From Gemmatimonadales bacterium (GTDB lineage Bacteria; Gemmatimonadota; Gemmatimonadetes; Gemmatimonadales; GWC2-71-9), in assembly GCA_035279865.1 (NCBI GenBank), contig DATEGY010000316.1, forward strand, positions 1 to 49,291: a stretch of 49,291 bases of DNA, in the 5' to 3' direction. Below are positions 15,747 to 24,573 of this stretch, piece by piece (the stretch's first letter is position 1; each line of letters starts with the position of its first letter). The translations under genes were made by a program, and so were the position numbers. The notes under the pieces are model-generated. The model searched no databases, was not told the origin of the DNA, and saw nothing but the letters and a program-made list of their open reading frames with translations.

Positions 15747-16438
15747 GTCATGCGTGCGGCACCACTCTCGCGCCGGGCGTCCGTTACTGCCACAAGTGCG
15801 GCGCCGCCGTCGGCGGCTCGGCCGGAGGCTGGCGCGCGGGCCTGCCCTGGGCCATCACCGGGGCCGCCGTCGGCGCCGTCATCACGATTCTGGTGATGCG
15901 CGCGACCGGGGGCACCGTAGCCGCCGCGCCGCCGCCGGCCGCTCCGGCCCTCACGGCTCCCGCGGGTGCGGCACCCGACATCAGCCGCATGTCGCCCCAG
16001 GAACGGGCGCAGCGCCTCTTCGACCGCGTCGTGGACCTGGCCCAGCGCGGCGTCCAGGATTCCGTCCAGTTCTTCATGCCCATGGCACTCGGGGCGTACG
16101 CCCAGCTCCCGTCGCTCGACCTCGATGCGCACTATGACCTCGGCGTCCTGCATCTCGCGGGGAACGATCCCGCCGGCGCCCTGGCGGAGGCGGACACCAT
16201 CCTCGCCCAGGTCCCGACCCACCTCTATGGATTGATGCTCCGGGGCCAGGGACTCACGGAGAAGGGGGACGTCGCCGGAGCCCGCAAGGCGTACCAGGCG
16301 TTCCTGGCCAATGAAGGTACGGAGCGCGCGCGCCAGCGCCCCGAATACGCGGAGCATGGCGCCGCCATCGATGCCTTCCACACCGAAGCCACTGCCGCTA
16401 CCGCCGCTGCCGCGCCTCGGCGCCGCCCCGCCCGGTAG
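15740..16438 (+). CDS. zinc-ribbon / single-TM / TPR-like protein
   Basis: MTCHACGTTLAPGVRYCHKCGA (CxxC...CxxC zinc ribbon), TM helix LPWAITGAAVGAVITILVM, Ala/Pro linker, then a helical repeat-like C-terminus. Confidence 0.65.
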   Translation: MTCHACGTTLAPGVRYCHKCGAAVGGSAGGWRAGLPWAITGAAVGAVITILVMRATGGTVAAAPPPAAPALTAPAGAAPDISRMSPQERAQRLFDRVVDLAQRGVQDSVQFFMPMALGAYAQLPSLDLDAHYDLGVLHLAGNDPAGALAEADTILAQVPTHLYGLMLRGQGLTEKGDVAGARKAYQAFLANEGTERARQRPEYAEHGAAIDAFHTEATAATAAAAPRRRPAR

Positions 16439-16464
16439 CCGTCTCCTTCTTCGACAAAGCGCCA

Positions 16465-17310
16465 ATGCCGATCATACACCTGGCCCACAGTCCCGACTCC
16501 GACGACGCCTTCATGTTCTGGGCGCTCGCGGCCGGGAAGATCGACACCGGCGACCGCCGATACATCCATGAGCTCTCGGACATCGAATCCCTGAACCGCC
16601 GCGCCCTCGCCGGCGAGCTCGAAGTCACCGCCTGCTCGATCCACGCCTATGCCTCGCTCGCGGAGCGCTACGCACTCCTGGCGCACGGCGCCAGCATCGG
16701 GGACAAATACGGGCCGCGCGTGGTGGCGAAAACGCCCCCTCCCGCCGATCCCCGAAAGGCCCTCGCGGGACGCGTGGTCGCCATCCCCGGCACCATGACC
16801 ACCGCCTGGCTCACGCTCCAGCTCTACCAGCCCGCGGTGCAGCCGGTGGTCGTGCCGTTCGACGAAATCGAGGACTATGTGGTGGCGGGTAAGGCGGAGG
16901 CGGGGCTCCTCATTCACGAAGGCCAGCTCACGTTCGCCGACCGCGGCCTCCATCTCTGGGCCGACATGGGTGAGTGGTGGCACGCGGAAACCGGTCTGCC
17001 CCTGCCCCTCGGCGGCAACGTCGTGCGCCGGGACCTGGGGCCGGAGTTGATGAACGCGATCGCGCGGGACCTGAAGGCCAGCATCCAGTACGGACTGAAG
17101 CACCGGGCGCCGGCCCTGGCGCACGCCAAGGGGTTCGGCCGAGGCCTGGATGACGAGAAGGTCGACTGCTTCGTCGCGATGTACGTCAATCACTACACCG
17201 TGGACTATGGCGCGCTGGGACGGAAAGCCGTGGCCACCCTGCTCGAACGGGCGCAGCGGGCCGGACTGATCAAAGGTCCCGTCGACCTAACGTTCGTGGC
17301 AGCCGAGTAA
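16465..17310 (+). CDS. MqnA/MqnD-family (futalosine-pathway menaquinone biosynthesis, periplasmic-binding-protein fold) protein
   Basis: N-terminus IIHLAHSPDSDDAFMFWAL and the overall length match the MqnA/MqnD/SBP family pattern. The exact step is not assignable. Confidence 0.6.
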   Translation: MPIIHLAHSPDSDDAFMFWALAAGKIDTGDRRYIHELSDIESLNRRALAGELEVTACSIHAYASLAERYALLAHGASIGDKYGPRVVAKTPPPADPRKALAGRVVAIPGTMTTAWLTLQLYQPAVQPVVVPFDEIEDYVVAGKAEAGLLIHEGQLTFADRGLHLWADMGEWWHAETGLPLPLGGNVVRRDLGPELMNAIARDLKASIQYGLKHRAPALAHAKGFGRGLDDEKVDCFVAMYVNHYTVDYGALGRKAVATLLERAQRAGLIKGPVDLTFVAAE

Positions 17311-17339
17311 TAAGTTTGGGCAGCCGCTAGGAGGGGTCC

Positions 17340-18416
17340 GTGGCTGAACTGCCCGGTACCGTGTCGGTGCTGGTGGTCGACGACGAAGAGCCCATCCGCA
17401 CCGCCTTGAAGAAGTTCCTGCAGCAGCAGCAGTTCGACGTCCTGACGGCCGCTTCCGGTGAAGAGGCCTTGGCGGCGTTGCGCCGGCACAAGCTCACCCT
17501 CATGCTGTGCGATATCCGCATGCCCGGCACGAGCGGCGTGGACCTGGTCCCCCAGGCCCTCGAGATCGAGCCCGATCTCGCCATCCTGATGCTCACCGCC
17601 GTCAACGACGCCACCAGTGCCGCCCTCTGCATGCAGCGGGGCGCCATGGACTACCTCACCAAACCCATCGAGCTCGCCGATCTGGGGCGCGCCATTCAGC
17701 GCGCGCTCAAGCGCCGCGAGACTCTGCTCGAACACCGCCACCTGAATCAGTGGTTGAAGGAAGAGGTCACGACCCGGACCGCCGAGCTGCAGCGGGAACG
17801 GCACAAGCTCGAGCGGATCTCCGTCGCGACGCTCGAAGCCCTGGTGAACGCCCTGGAAGCCAAGGATCCGTTCCTCCGCGGGCATTCGGCCCGCGTGGCG
17901 GACTTGGCCGCCACCATCGCCAACGAGATGGGCCTGTCCGACGAAGAAGTCGAAAATGTGCGGGTGGCCGGCCGGCTCCACGACATCGGGAAGATCGGCA
18001 CGCGGGAAAGCGTGATGAACAAGCAGGGACCGCTGACGCCAGAGGAATACGAGCACGTGAAGCAGCACGTGATCATCGGCTCTCAGATTCTGGCGCCTCT
18101 GACCCACCTGGGCAGCGTGATCGACATGGTCCGCAGTCACCACGAACGCTGGGACGGCACGGGTTACCCGGACGGGCTCCGGGGGGACGAGATCCCGCTG
18201 GGGGGACGCATTCTGGGCACGGCGGAGGTGTTCGACGCCCTCTCGACCGCGCGCCCCTACCAGGAAAAGCTCACTCCTGAACAGACCATCGAACGGCTCC
18301 GGGAGATGGCGGGGAGTGTCGTCGACCCGAGCGTGTTCGGCGTCCTGGCGGCGGTGGTCGGGAGACGGAAGAGCCTGGTCTTCCTGGACGACGGCGGGGT
18401 AGACCACGGACTATAA
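17340..18416 (+). CDS. response regulator receiver + HD-GYP domain protein (c-di-GMP phosphodiesterase type)
   Basis: GTG start after AGGAGG. Receiver motifs VLVVDDEE...LCDIRMPGTSG...TKP. HD-GYP motifs HSARVA...RLHDIGKIG...HHERWDGTGYPDGL. Confidence 0.9.
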   Translation: MAELPGTVSVLVVDDEEPIRTALKKFLQQQQFDVLTAASGEEALAALRRHKLTLMLCDIRMPGTSGVDLVPQALEIEPDLAILMLTAVNDATSAALCMQRGAMDYLTKPIELADLGRAIQRALKRRETLLEHRHLNQWLKEEVTTRTAELQRERHKLERISVATLEALVNALEAKDPFLRGHSARVADLAATIANEMGLSDEEVENVRVAGRLHDIGKIGTRESVMNKQGPLTPEEYEHVKQHVIIGSQILAPLTHLGSVIDMVRSHHERWDGTGYPDGLRGDEIPLGGRILGTAEVFDALSTARPYQEKLTPEQTIERLREMAGSVVDPSVFGVLAAVVGRRKSLVFLDDGGVDHGL

Positions 18417-18450
18417 AAAACCAAACCCGGGGCCGATTGCTCCCCGGGTT
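18413..18450 (-). terminator. intrinsic terminator-like hairpin (bidirectional position)
   Basis: aacccgggg-ccgattgct-ccccgggtt, a 9-bp stem. On the minus strand it is followed by tggttttttat. It sits directly after the HD-GYP stop and downstream of the minus-strand pseudopilin. Confidence 0.55.
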
Positions 18451-18620
18451 GGCGGTCGGGCGAAGTGGCCGTCACACTTCGGCCGCGACCAAGTCCGTCT
18501 TCTATGTCCTGCTGCTCCGTACGGGAGCCTTTGCGCAGGGTTTCGCGAGCCCTCACTGCATGAGATGCTCGACCTCCATATACGGTTGCACCCCCTCAAG
18601 AGTTTCACCCGCCTGCCCCA

Positions 18621-19049
18621 TCACCACCGTTTCACCCTGCCGACCCGGGACGTGGTGATCCGCTCCTGACGACCTCCCCGATTCAGCGTGACCGTGGTGT
18701 TGGAGGCCCCCCAACCCGCTCCAAGGGGTGAAAAAACGACCTCTGGATTGGACACTTCAACGCGCACACCGCGGGTGGCCGGCCCGGGAAACTGCCGCCA
18801 GCGCTTCCATACCCCGGAGTCCCGCCGGTCCACCACCAGGGAGTCCGCGGTCACCCGTACCCGGGTGGGCTGACCCGCCAGGATCGCCTCCTGGCGGGCG
18901 GTGGCGAAAGCCATGGTCACGTCATGAGCGGCTCCATCCGCGGCAATCCAGTCGAGCACATCGGTGGCGAGTGGGGTAGCCACAGCCAGGCAAATCCCCA
19001 CGATGGTGAGCACGACCAGGAGCTCCAGCAGGGTGTGGCCTTTGTGCAT
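18621..19049 (-). CDS. orphan GspH/FimT-like pseudopilin (142 aa)
   Basis: MHKGHTLLELLVVLTIVGICLAVA has the prepilin motif, with an unusual His at the +1 position after Gly. Confidence 0.7.
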   Translation of the reverse strand: MHKGHTLLELLVVLTIVGICLAVATPLATDVLDWIAADGAAHDVTMAFATARQEAILAGQPTRVRVTADSLVVDRRDSGVWKRWRQFPGPATRGVRVEVSNPEVVFSPLGAGWGASNTTVTLNRGGRQERITTSRVGRVKRW

Positions 19050-19238
19050 CAGCCAAAATCAGCAAAAGGGCTGAAAATGCGTGACCGGAAGGGTGCGAGA
19101 CGGTACGGAAAAACGCACGATTAATGAGGCTAACGGAGTGCTCTGGAATGAGCTAGGTTGCTACAGGCTATGGTCTTGCGGCCGCGGCATGAGGAGTGCA
19201 CAAAGTACCCCCAGAATTGACGCTCCGTTGACCACCAT

Positions 19239-20510
19239 TTGGGAGGTTCCCTGAACGAGGTTTCGGAAGTCCCCCACGCGCTCCGCCACGCCGTCTTCCT
19301 GACGCGGGCGACGAACGAGCCGGAGATGGGAACGCCAGCCGCCCGGCTAGGGCAGGCGGCGTTTCTGGTGCTCCGCCTGGTGGACCTCCTCTACCCCAGC
19401 CAGTCAACCGGAGCCCCGGACGTCTTCCTCTACCAGGCGAGCGCCACGGAGCGCTACACCCGCGAACTGGACGTGGACTCTCCGGAAAAGGCGCATCTCC
19501 TGGCGATCGTGAAGGGCGCTCGGGATGCGTTCGCGACCCAGAAAGTCGCCCTGCTGATTCCGTCCCTGTTCGCCTATGGGCATTTCCTGGAAGAGACCAG
19601 TCACTATCAAGAGGCGCTCGACGTCCTTCAGACGTTGTTGACACTCGGAGGTGAGGGTCTGGCGCAAGGCGACGCCATTTCGACCACGCTCCGGATCGCG
19701 CGTGTCAACCGGAAGCTGAGCAATTTCGATGTGGCCTACGAAAGCTACGAGCAGGCGGGTTCGCTCGCCCTCGTCGCCGGCGATACGCACGCAGAGCTGG
19801 CGTCGCGTCTCGGCCGGGTGAACATCGTCTGGGCCCGGGGCAACCTGGCCGAGGCCGAAGCGGGCTACCGAAGCCTGATCGCGGAGGCTCGCGCGGCTGA
19901 CCTGCAGGATCACGAAGCGTCGGCCACCCAAGGGTTGGCGGCGGCCCTGTCGATGCGCGGCCGGTCGGCGGAAGCCATCCCGCACGCCTGGCGGGCCTAC
20001 GAGCTGCACGCAGACCTCGGGAACCGGGTTCGAATGCTGATCGGTCTCGGGGTCATGTTCCGCGATGTCGGCGACTTGAGCTCCGCGGAGCAGGCGTTCC
20101 GCGCCGCGCTGGCCGCAGGGAACGGGACTGAGCACAGTGAAAACGCGGTGCTCGAGCTGATGGAGTGCGCCTCGCAGCGGGGGGATCGTTTCGGATACAC
20201 CCGCTGGCGGGAAGAGGCCCGGAGGCGGGAGAGCCGCTTTACGCCGAGCATGCGCGTGGACTTCTATCTCAAGCAGGGCGTGGCGGAGGGACGGCTGGGT
20301 CACGCGGCGAACGGCCAGGAGCTGCTCAATACCGCGCTCGAGCTGGCTCACCAGCACAAGCTGCACGAGTACGTTTTCCGGATCGAGGGGCTGAAACACG
20401 ACCTCCGCGAATCCAGCCGGTTGCAGCCGGCGGAATCCGCGGAGGTGGTGAGAAACGACTCGATCGACGCGGTGCTTGCAGGACTACGCGAGCTCGCGAC
20501 GGTCGAGTGA
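19239..20510 (+). CDS. TPR-repeat protein
   Basis: Repeated helical A-x-x-x-Y/L patterns (…EALDVLQTLL…, …AEAGYRSLIAEA…, …AEQAFRAALAAG…). The TTG start at 19239 is uncertain. Confidence 0.6.
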   Translation: MGGSLNEVSEVPHALRHAVFLTRATNEPEMGTPAARLGQAAFLVLRLVDLLYPSQSTGAPDVFLYQASATERYTRELDVDSPEKAHLLAIVKGARDAFATQKVALLIPSLFAYGHFLEETSHYQEALDVLQTLLTLGGEGLAQGDAISTTLRIARVNRKLSNFDVAYESYEQAGSLALVAGDTHAELASRLGRVNIVWARGNLAEAEAGYRSLIAEARAADLQDHEASATQGLAAALSMRGRSAEAIPHAWRAYELHADLGNRVRMLIGLGVMFRDVGDLSSAEQAFRAALAAGNGTEHSENAVLELMECASQRGDRFGYTRWREEARRRESRFTPSMRVDFYLKQGVAEGRLGHAANGQELLNTALELAHQHKLHEYVFRIEGLKHDLRESSRLQPAESAEVVRNDSIDAVLAGLRELATVE

Positions 20511-20522
20511 GCTAGTCGCCGC

Positions 20523-20666
20523 TCAGCTGCAGGCGACGTTGTTGTTGTTCGGGATTTCGCAGGGCGTCGAGCCGGGGTGCGGTCCGGTGGAATCGGCACA
20601 CGCCGACGCGACGAGAGTGAAGGCGACGAGAAGCAGGGGCAGCAGGTAGCGAATCCGGCGCGACAT
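20523..20666 (-). CDS. small secreted/lipoprotein-like Cys-containing peptide (47 aa), absent from the ORF track
   Basis: ATG 20666 with GGAGG 5 nt upstream: MSRRIRYLLPLLLVAFTLVASACADSTGPHPGSTPCEIPNNNNVACS. Classic n/h/c signal peptide with ASA|C, and high third-position GC. Confidence 0.55.
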   Translation of the reverse strand: MSRRIRYLLPLLLVAFTLVASACADSTGPHPGSTPCEIPNNNNVACS

Positions 20667-20782
20667 AGAACCTCCGACGTGGGAAGTGGGGACTGTTTGC
20701 CGACAGCCCTGACAACCTGCGTACGGGGGCGCTCCGGTTTAAGGTCGATTTTGCGGCACGATAGGACGTTTTTGCGACATTT

Positions 20783-21589
20783 ATGCTCGTCCTGGGCGCC
20801 ATACCCGACGTGCAGTACCACAAACTGCGCCGCGCCGCTGCGGGGCAGTTCACGTTCGTGCGCGCGCTGCAGTGGGGTCAGGTCTTGGAGACGATCCGCG
20901 AGCGGCCGGTTGAGCTCGCGGTCCTCGACCCGATGCTCGGCGGCGACCCCCGCAGCCAGGAAATCGAGCGGCTCCGGCAGCTCTTTCCCTCCCTGCCGCT
21001 CATCCTCTACACGACGCTCACACCCGAGCTTGCCGCCGTCCTGCTCACGCTCGGCAAGCGCGGGATCCGCGAAGTCATCTTCGCGCGGCTGGACGATCAC
21101 CCCACGCGCCTCCGGGAAGCACTCGAGCAGGAATACGCGCTGGCGTCCTCGCAGCAGTTCCTGGAGCAGATCGAAAGCCGCCTGGCGCCCCTCCCGACCG
21201 AGCTCCGGTGGGTGCTCGAAGAGGCGCTGCGCATGCCGGAAGAGGTGCAGACCGTCCAGCACCTGGCACTCCGCGCCTCCGTGGATCGCCGAACCTGCGA
21301 GCGCTGGTTTACGCGCGCGCACCTTCCCAGCCCGCGGCATTTCCTCGCCGCGGCCCGGGTGCTCTACGCGCACCGTCTCCTGCGTGACCCTGGATTCACC
21401 ATTGAAGACGTCGCCAAGCGGCTCGGCTATACGCGCGTGAAGACCTTGCAGCAGCACGCCCGCACGTACCTCGGCCTCACCGCCGGAGAGATGCGCCTGT
21501 CCCTGACCACGGATGAGGCGATGGAAACGGTGGTCCGCCGTTTCCTGGCGACCGGGCCCACGGACACCGTCGCGCAGGCTACGGGATGA
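20783..21589 (+). CDS. AraC-family transcriptional regulator with N-terminal receiver-like domain
   Basis: C-terminal HTH_18 pattern (SVDRRTCERWFTRAHLPSPRHFL...IEDVAKRLGYTRVKTLQQHARTYLG). The N-terminus looks like a degenerate receiver (ELAVLDP...). Confidence 0.75.
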   Translation: MLVLGAIPDVQYHKLRRAAAGQFTFVRALQWGQVLETIRERPVELAVLDPMLGGDPRSQEIERLRQLFPSLPLILYTTLTPELAAVLLTLGKRGIREVIFARLDDHPTRLREALEQEYALASSQQFLEQIESRLAPLPTELRWVLEEALRMPEEVQTVQHLALRASVDRRTCERWFTRAHLPSPRHFLAAARVLYAHRLLRDPGFTIEDVAKRLGYTRVKTLQQHARTYLGLTAGEMRLSLTTDEAMETVVRRFLATGPTDTVAQATG

Positions 21590-21993
21590 CCGGCGCGGAC
21601 GCGAAAGTCACGGTGCTCGTCGTGGACGACGAGGCTCCGCTCCGGCGGGTTCTCGAGCGCGCCCTCGGCCGCCTGGGATACCGGGTCATCGGCGCCGGGT
21701 CCGCGGAGAGCGCGCTCGAGCTCCTGGGGACGGAGCGTCCGCATGCGATTCTCCTCGACGTTCACCTGCCCACCATGTCCGGCCTGGCGTTTTACGTCGC
21801 TGCGATCGCCCGGTGGCCGGAGCTCGAGGGGTGTGTCGCCGTGATGACGGGAGACGGGGAGTCCACCGAGGTTCTGGAGTGGATCGCCCGGAACTCCTGT
21901 CCGCTCATCTCCAAGCCGTTCAACCTCGAGCAGATTGATGTGTGGTTGAAGCACGTCCGTGCCTGGCGTGACCGCCGGGCGGAGCAGGCCTGA
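21586..21993 (+). CDS. single-domain CheY-like response regulator
   Basis: VLVVDDEAPLRRVL...ILLDVHLPTMSG...ISKPF. ATGA overlap with the AraC-like gene. Confidence 0.85.
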   Translation: MTGADAKVTVLVVDDEAPLRRVLERALGRLGYRVIGAGSAESALELLGTERPHAILLDVHLPTMSGLAFYVAAIARWPELEGCVAVMTGDGESTEVLEWIARNSCPLISKPFNLEQIDVWLKHVRAWRDRRAEQA

Positions 21994-21994
21994 C

Positions 21995-22633
21995 ATGACC
22001 GCGCCCCAAGCCGCCGATCCCCTCCACACGCTGCGGGAGTACCGCTCCCTGGCGCCGTGGAACCTGCGCGACCTCGCCGTCCTCGTCGGCGCCGTCCTCG
22101 ACGCCTCCGCGGTGACGCCCATCAACGCGGCCGCGCGCGCCGCGCCGAGTGAGCGGACGGTGCGGTTCTACGTGACGCGGGGCCTGGTGAGCCCGCCCGA
22201 GGGCCGCGGCACGGCCGCGACCTATTCGTACCGGCATTTCCTTCAGCTGCTCTGGATCAAGCTGCGGCAGATGGAGGGCGCGACTCTCGCCGCCATCGCC
22301 CGGGACATGCAGGACCAGACCGGTGACGTGCTCGAGCGCCGCGCGGCGCAGACCCTGGGGGCGGCGCTCCCGCTCCCGGACCGCCTGGCGCTCCGGGGGG
22401 CGCCGCGGATGCCGCGGGGCCGCTCCGGCCGCGCGCTTTCCGCATGGCTGGCGCGGGACGCCGGGAAGGATCCGGAGGGAACCCGGACCTGGCGCCGCGT
22501 TCCGGTGACGCGCGGGGTGGAGCTGCACGTGGATTCCGAACATCCGCTGGCGCGCGTGGGCGCCGACGATGCCGCGCTCGCCGAGGCGATCCGCGCCGCG
22601 CTGGCGAAACTCTTGCCGCCCTCGCCGGCGTAG
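21995..22633 (+). CDS. MerR-like HTH protein
   Basis: ATG 21995, 1 nt after the CheY stop. ERTVRFYVTRGLVSPPEGRG..YSYRHFLQLLWIKLRQMEGATLAAI resembles the MerR HTH and its following helix. Confidence 0.55.
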   Translation: MTAPQAADPLHTLREYRSLAPWNLRDLAVLVGAVLDASAVTPINAAARAAPSERTVRFYVTRGLVSPPEGRGTAATYSYRHFLQLLWIKLRQMEGATLAAIARDMQDQTGDVLERRAAQTLGAALPLPDRLALRGAPRMPRGRSGRALSAWLARDAGKDPEGTRTWRRVPVTRGVELHVDSEHPLARVGADDAALAEAIRAALAKLLPPSPA

Positions 22634-22662
22634 TGCCCTCACCCGTACCGGGAGAGCCTTAG

Positions 22663-23247
22663 ATGGGTGCCTGGATTCTGCTGATCCTGCTGGTGGTCGC
22701 CGTCTTCTGGGCCATCGGCGCCTACAACGGCCTCATTTCCCTGAAGAATCAGACCGTCAACGCCTTCAAGCAGATCGACGTGCAGCTCAAGCGCCGTCAC
22801 GACCTGATTCCCAACCTGGTCAACGCGGTGAAGGGCGCCATGGATTTCGAGAAATCGACGCTCGAGGCCGTGGTGCAGGCCCGCAATCAGGCGGTGCAGG
22901 TGAACGCCGCCGGCCCTGACGCCATGAAGCAGATCAGCCAGGCGGAAAACGCCCTGTCGGGTGCCTTGTCGAAGCTCATGGTGGTGGTGGAGCGGTACCC
23001 CGACTTGAAGGCCACGGGGAACGTCGGCCAGCTGCAGGAAGAGCTGACCTCCACGGAGAACCGTATCTCCTTCGCCCGTCAGCTCTACAACGATACGGCG
23101 ACACAGTACAACACCAAGCAACAGCAGTTTCCGGCGAGCCTGATGGCGGGTCTGGCGCACGCGGCTCCGGCCCAGCTGTGGGAGATCGACGATCAGGCCG
23201 AGAAGGCCGTGCCCCAGGTCGATCTCTCGATGAAGCCGAAGGTGTGA
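22663..23247 (+). CDS. lemA: LemA family protein
   Basis: N-terminal TM, then YNGLISLKNQTVNAFKQIDVQLKRRHDLIPNLV (LemA signature). Confidence 0.9.
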   Translation: MGAWILLILLVVAVFWAIGAYNGLISLKNQTVNAFKQIDVQLKRRHDLIPNLVNAVKGAMDFEKSTLEAVVQARNQAVQVNAAGPDAMKQISQAENALSGALSKLMVVVERYPDLKATGNVGQLQEELTSTENRISFARQLYNDTATQYNTKQQQFPASLMAGLAHAAPAQLWEIDDQAEKAVPQVDLSMKPKV

Positions 23248-24287
23248 GCGCGGGAGTCGACGCCGCCCCCAATCTGTTCCAGCAGCAGGATGCCAACCGA
23301 CGCCGGACCACCCTGCTGGTGGTCGGTTTCGTGCTGTTCTTCGCGTGGCTCGGGTTCGGCGGGGACTACATCTACTACCTCGCCACCCTCCACAACCTCT
23401 CCTACCAGACGCACCACACGTTCCCGTGGCTCGGCATCGTCCTGACCGTCGTGGGCGCCGGCATCGCGTGGTATGGCTACAACACGGGGCCCGAGAAGGT
23501 GCTCTGGTCCACGGGTGCGCGGGAGATCACCGACCCGGCCACCGACCAGGAGAAGCAGCTCGTCAACGTCGTCGAAGAGATGTCCATCGCGGCCGGCATC
23601 CCCCGCCCCCGCATCTGGATCGTCGACGACCCCGCGCCGAATGCTTTCGCCACCGGTATCGATCCCCAGCACGCGCACCTCGCGGTGACCCAGGGCCTGC
23701 TCGACCTGATGTCCCGCGACGAGCTCCAGGGCGTCGTCGCGCACGAGCTCGGGCACATCAAGAATTTCGACGTCCGCTTGATGACCACCCTCGCGGCGCT
23801 GGTGGGCGTGATTCTCCTCATCCGGGACGGTACGGGACGGTTCTTCTGGAGCGGGCGCTCCGGGAGTCGCTCGCGGGGCAAGGGCTCGGACCTGGGGGCC
23901 CTGGTCGTGGTCCTCCTGGTGATCTGGATCCTGTCCTGGATCGTCGCCCCCATCGTCACGCAGATGCTGGCGATGGCGGTGAGCCGGAAGCGGGAGTACC
24001 TGGCCGACGCGATGTCGGCGCAGTTCACGCGCAATCCGACGGCCCTCGCGTCCGCCCTTGAAAAGATCGAGAACTCGGAGGCCCCTGCTACGCACCTCAA
24101 GGCTGGGGCCGCCCATCTCTGTATTTGTGATCCGCTGGACCGGAAATTGAACGACCACCCTGGCGCGCTCGGGGACGTCATGGCGTCCCACCCGCCGATC
24201 GAAATGCGGATCATCCGGCTCAAAGGCATGGGGTACGCGCAGGCCAAACAGCAGGGCACGCTTCCCCCCGATTCGCCGACGGTCTAG
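23244..24287 (+). CDS. M48-family (HtpX-like) membrane zinc metallopeptidase
   Basis: GTG 23244 in a GTGA overlap with the lemA stop. HELGHIKNFD (HExxH) and TM segments. Confidence 0.85.
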   Translation: MSAGVDAAPNLFQQQDANRRRTTLLVVGFVLFFAWLGFGGDYIYYLATLHNLSYQTHHTFPWLGIVLTVVGAGIAWYGYNTGPEKVLWSTGAREITDPATDQEKQLVNVVEEMSIAAGIPRPRIWIVDDPAPNAFATGIDPQHAHLAVTQGLLDLMSRDELQGVVAHELGHIKNFDVRLMTTLAALVGVILLIRDGTGRFFWSGRSGSRSRGKGSDLGALVVVLLVIWILSWIVAPIVTQMLAMAVSRKREYLADAMSAQFTRNPTALASALEKIENSEAPATHLKAGAAHLCICDPLDRKLNDHPGALGDVMASHPPIEMRIIRLKGMGYAQAKQQGTLPPDSPTV

Positions 24288-24299
24288 ACGCCACACGGC

Positions 24300-24500
24300 C
24301 TAGGTCAGCCGCTCCACCGCCCTCCTCGCCAGGTCCAGCTGTTCCTCCGCGGTACGCAGCAGCTCCTGCGATACCCGCGTCCTCGGCACCGCACGCGCCA
24401 GCTTCACCGCGCAGCACGCGGCTCTGACGGCGTCCTGGATCGCCCGGCAGTGCGCGAGTCGCGGACGTTCGGACGGCGTGGGTAACCGGTTCACCAGCAT
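24300..24500 (-). CDS. possible small helical protein (66 aa)
   Basis: High third-position GC in this frame. However, the ATG lies immediately after a terminator U-tract and has no SD. Confidence 0.3.
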   Translation of the reverse strand: MLVNRLPTPSERPRLAHCRAIQDAVRAACCAVKLARAVPRTRVSQELLRTAEEQLDLARRAVERLT

Positions 24501-24502
24501 GG

Positions 24503-24535
24503 GAAAAAATAGACGGCGCCTCGGAAGGCGCCGTC
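24503..24535 (-). terminator. intrinsic terminator after the flippase-like gene
   Basis: gacggcgcc-tcggaa-ggcgccgtc, a 9-bp stem, followed on the minus strand by tattttttccc. It lies 38 nt past the stop at 24574. Confidence 0.75.
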
Positions 24536-24573
24536 ATCAGCGACACGCAGGATGGTACCGAATTACCGGGCGA

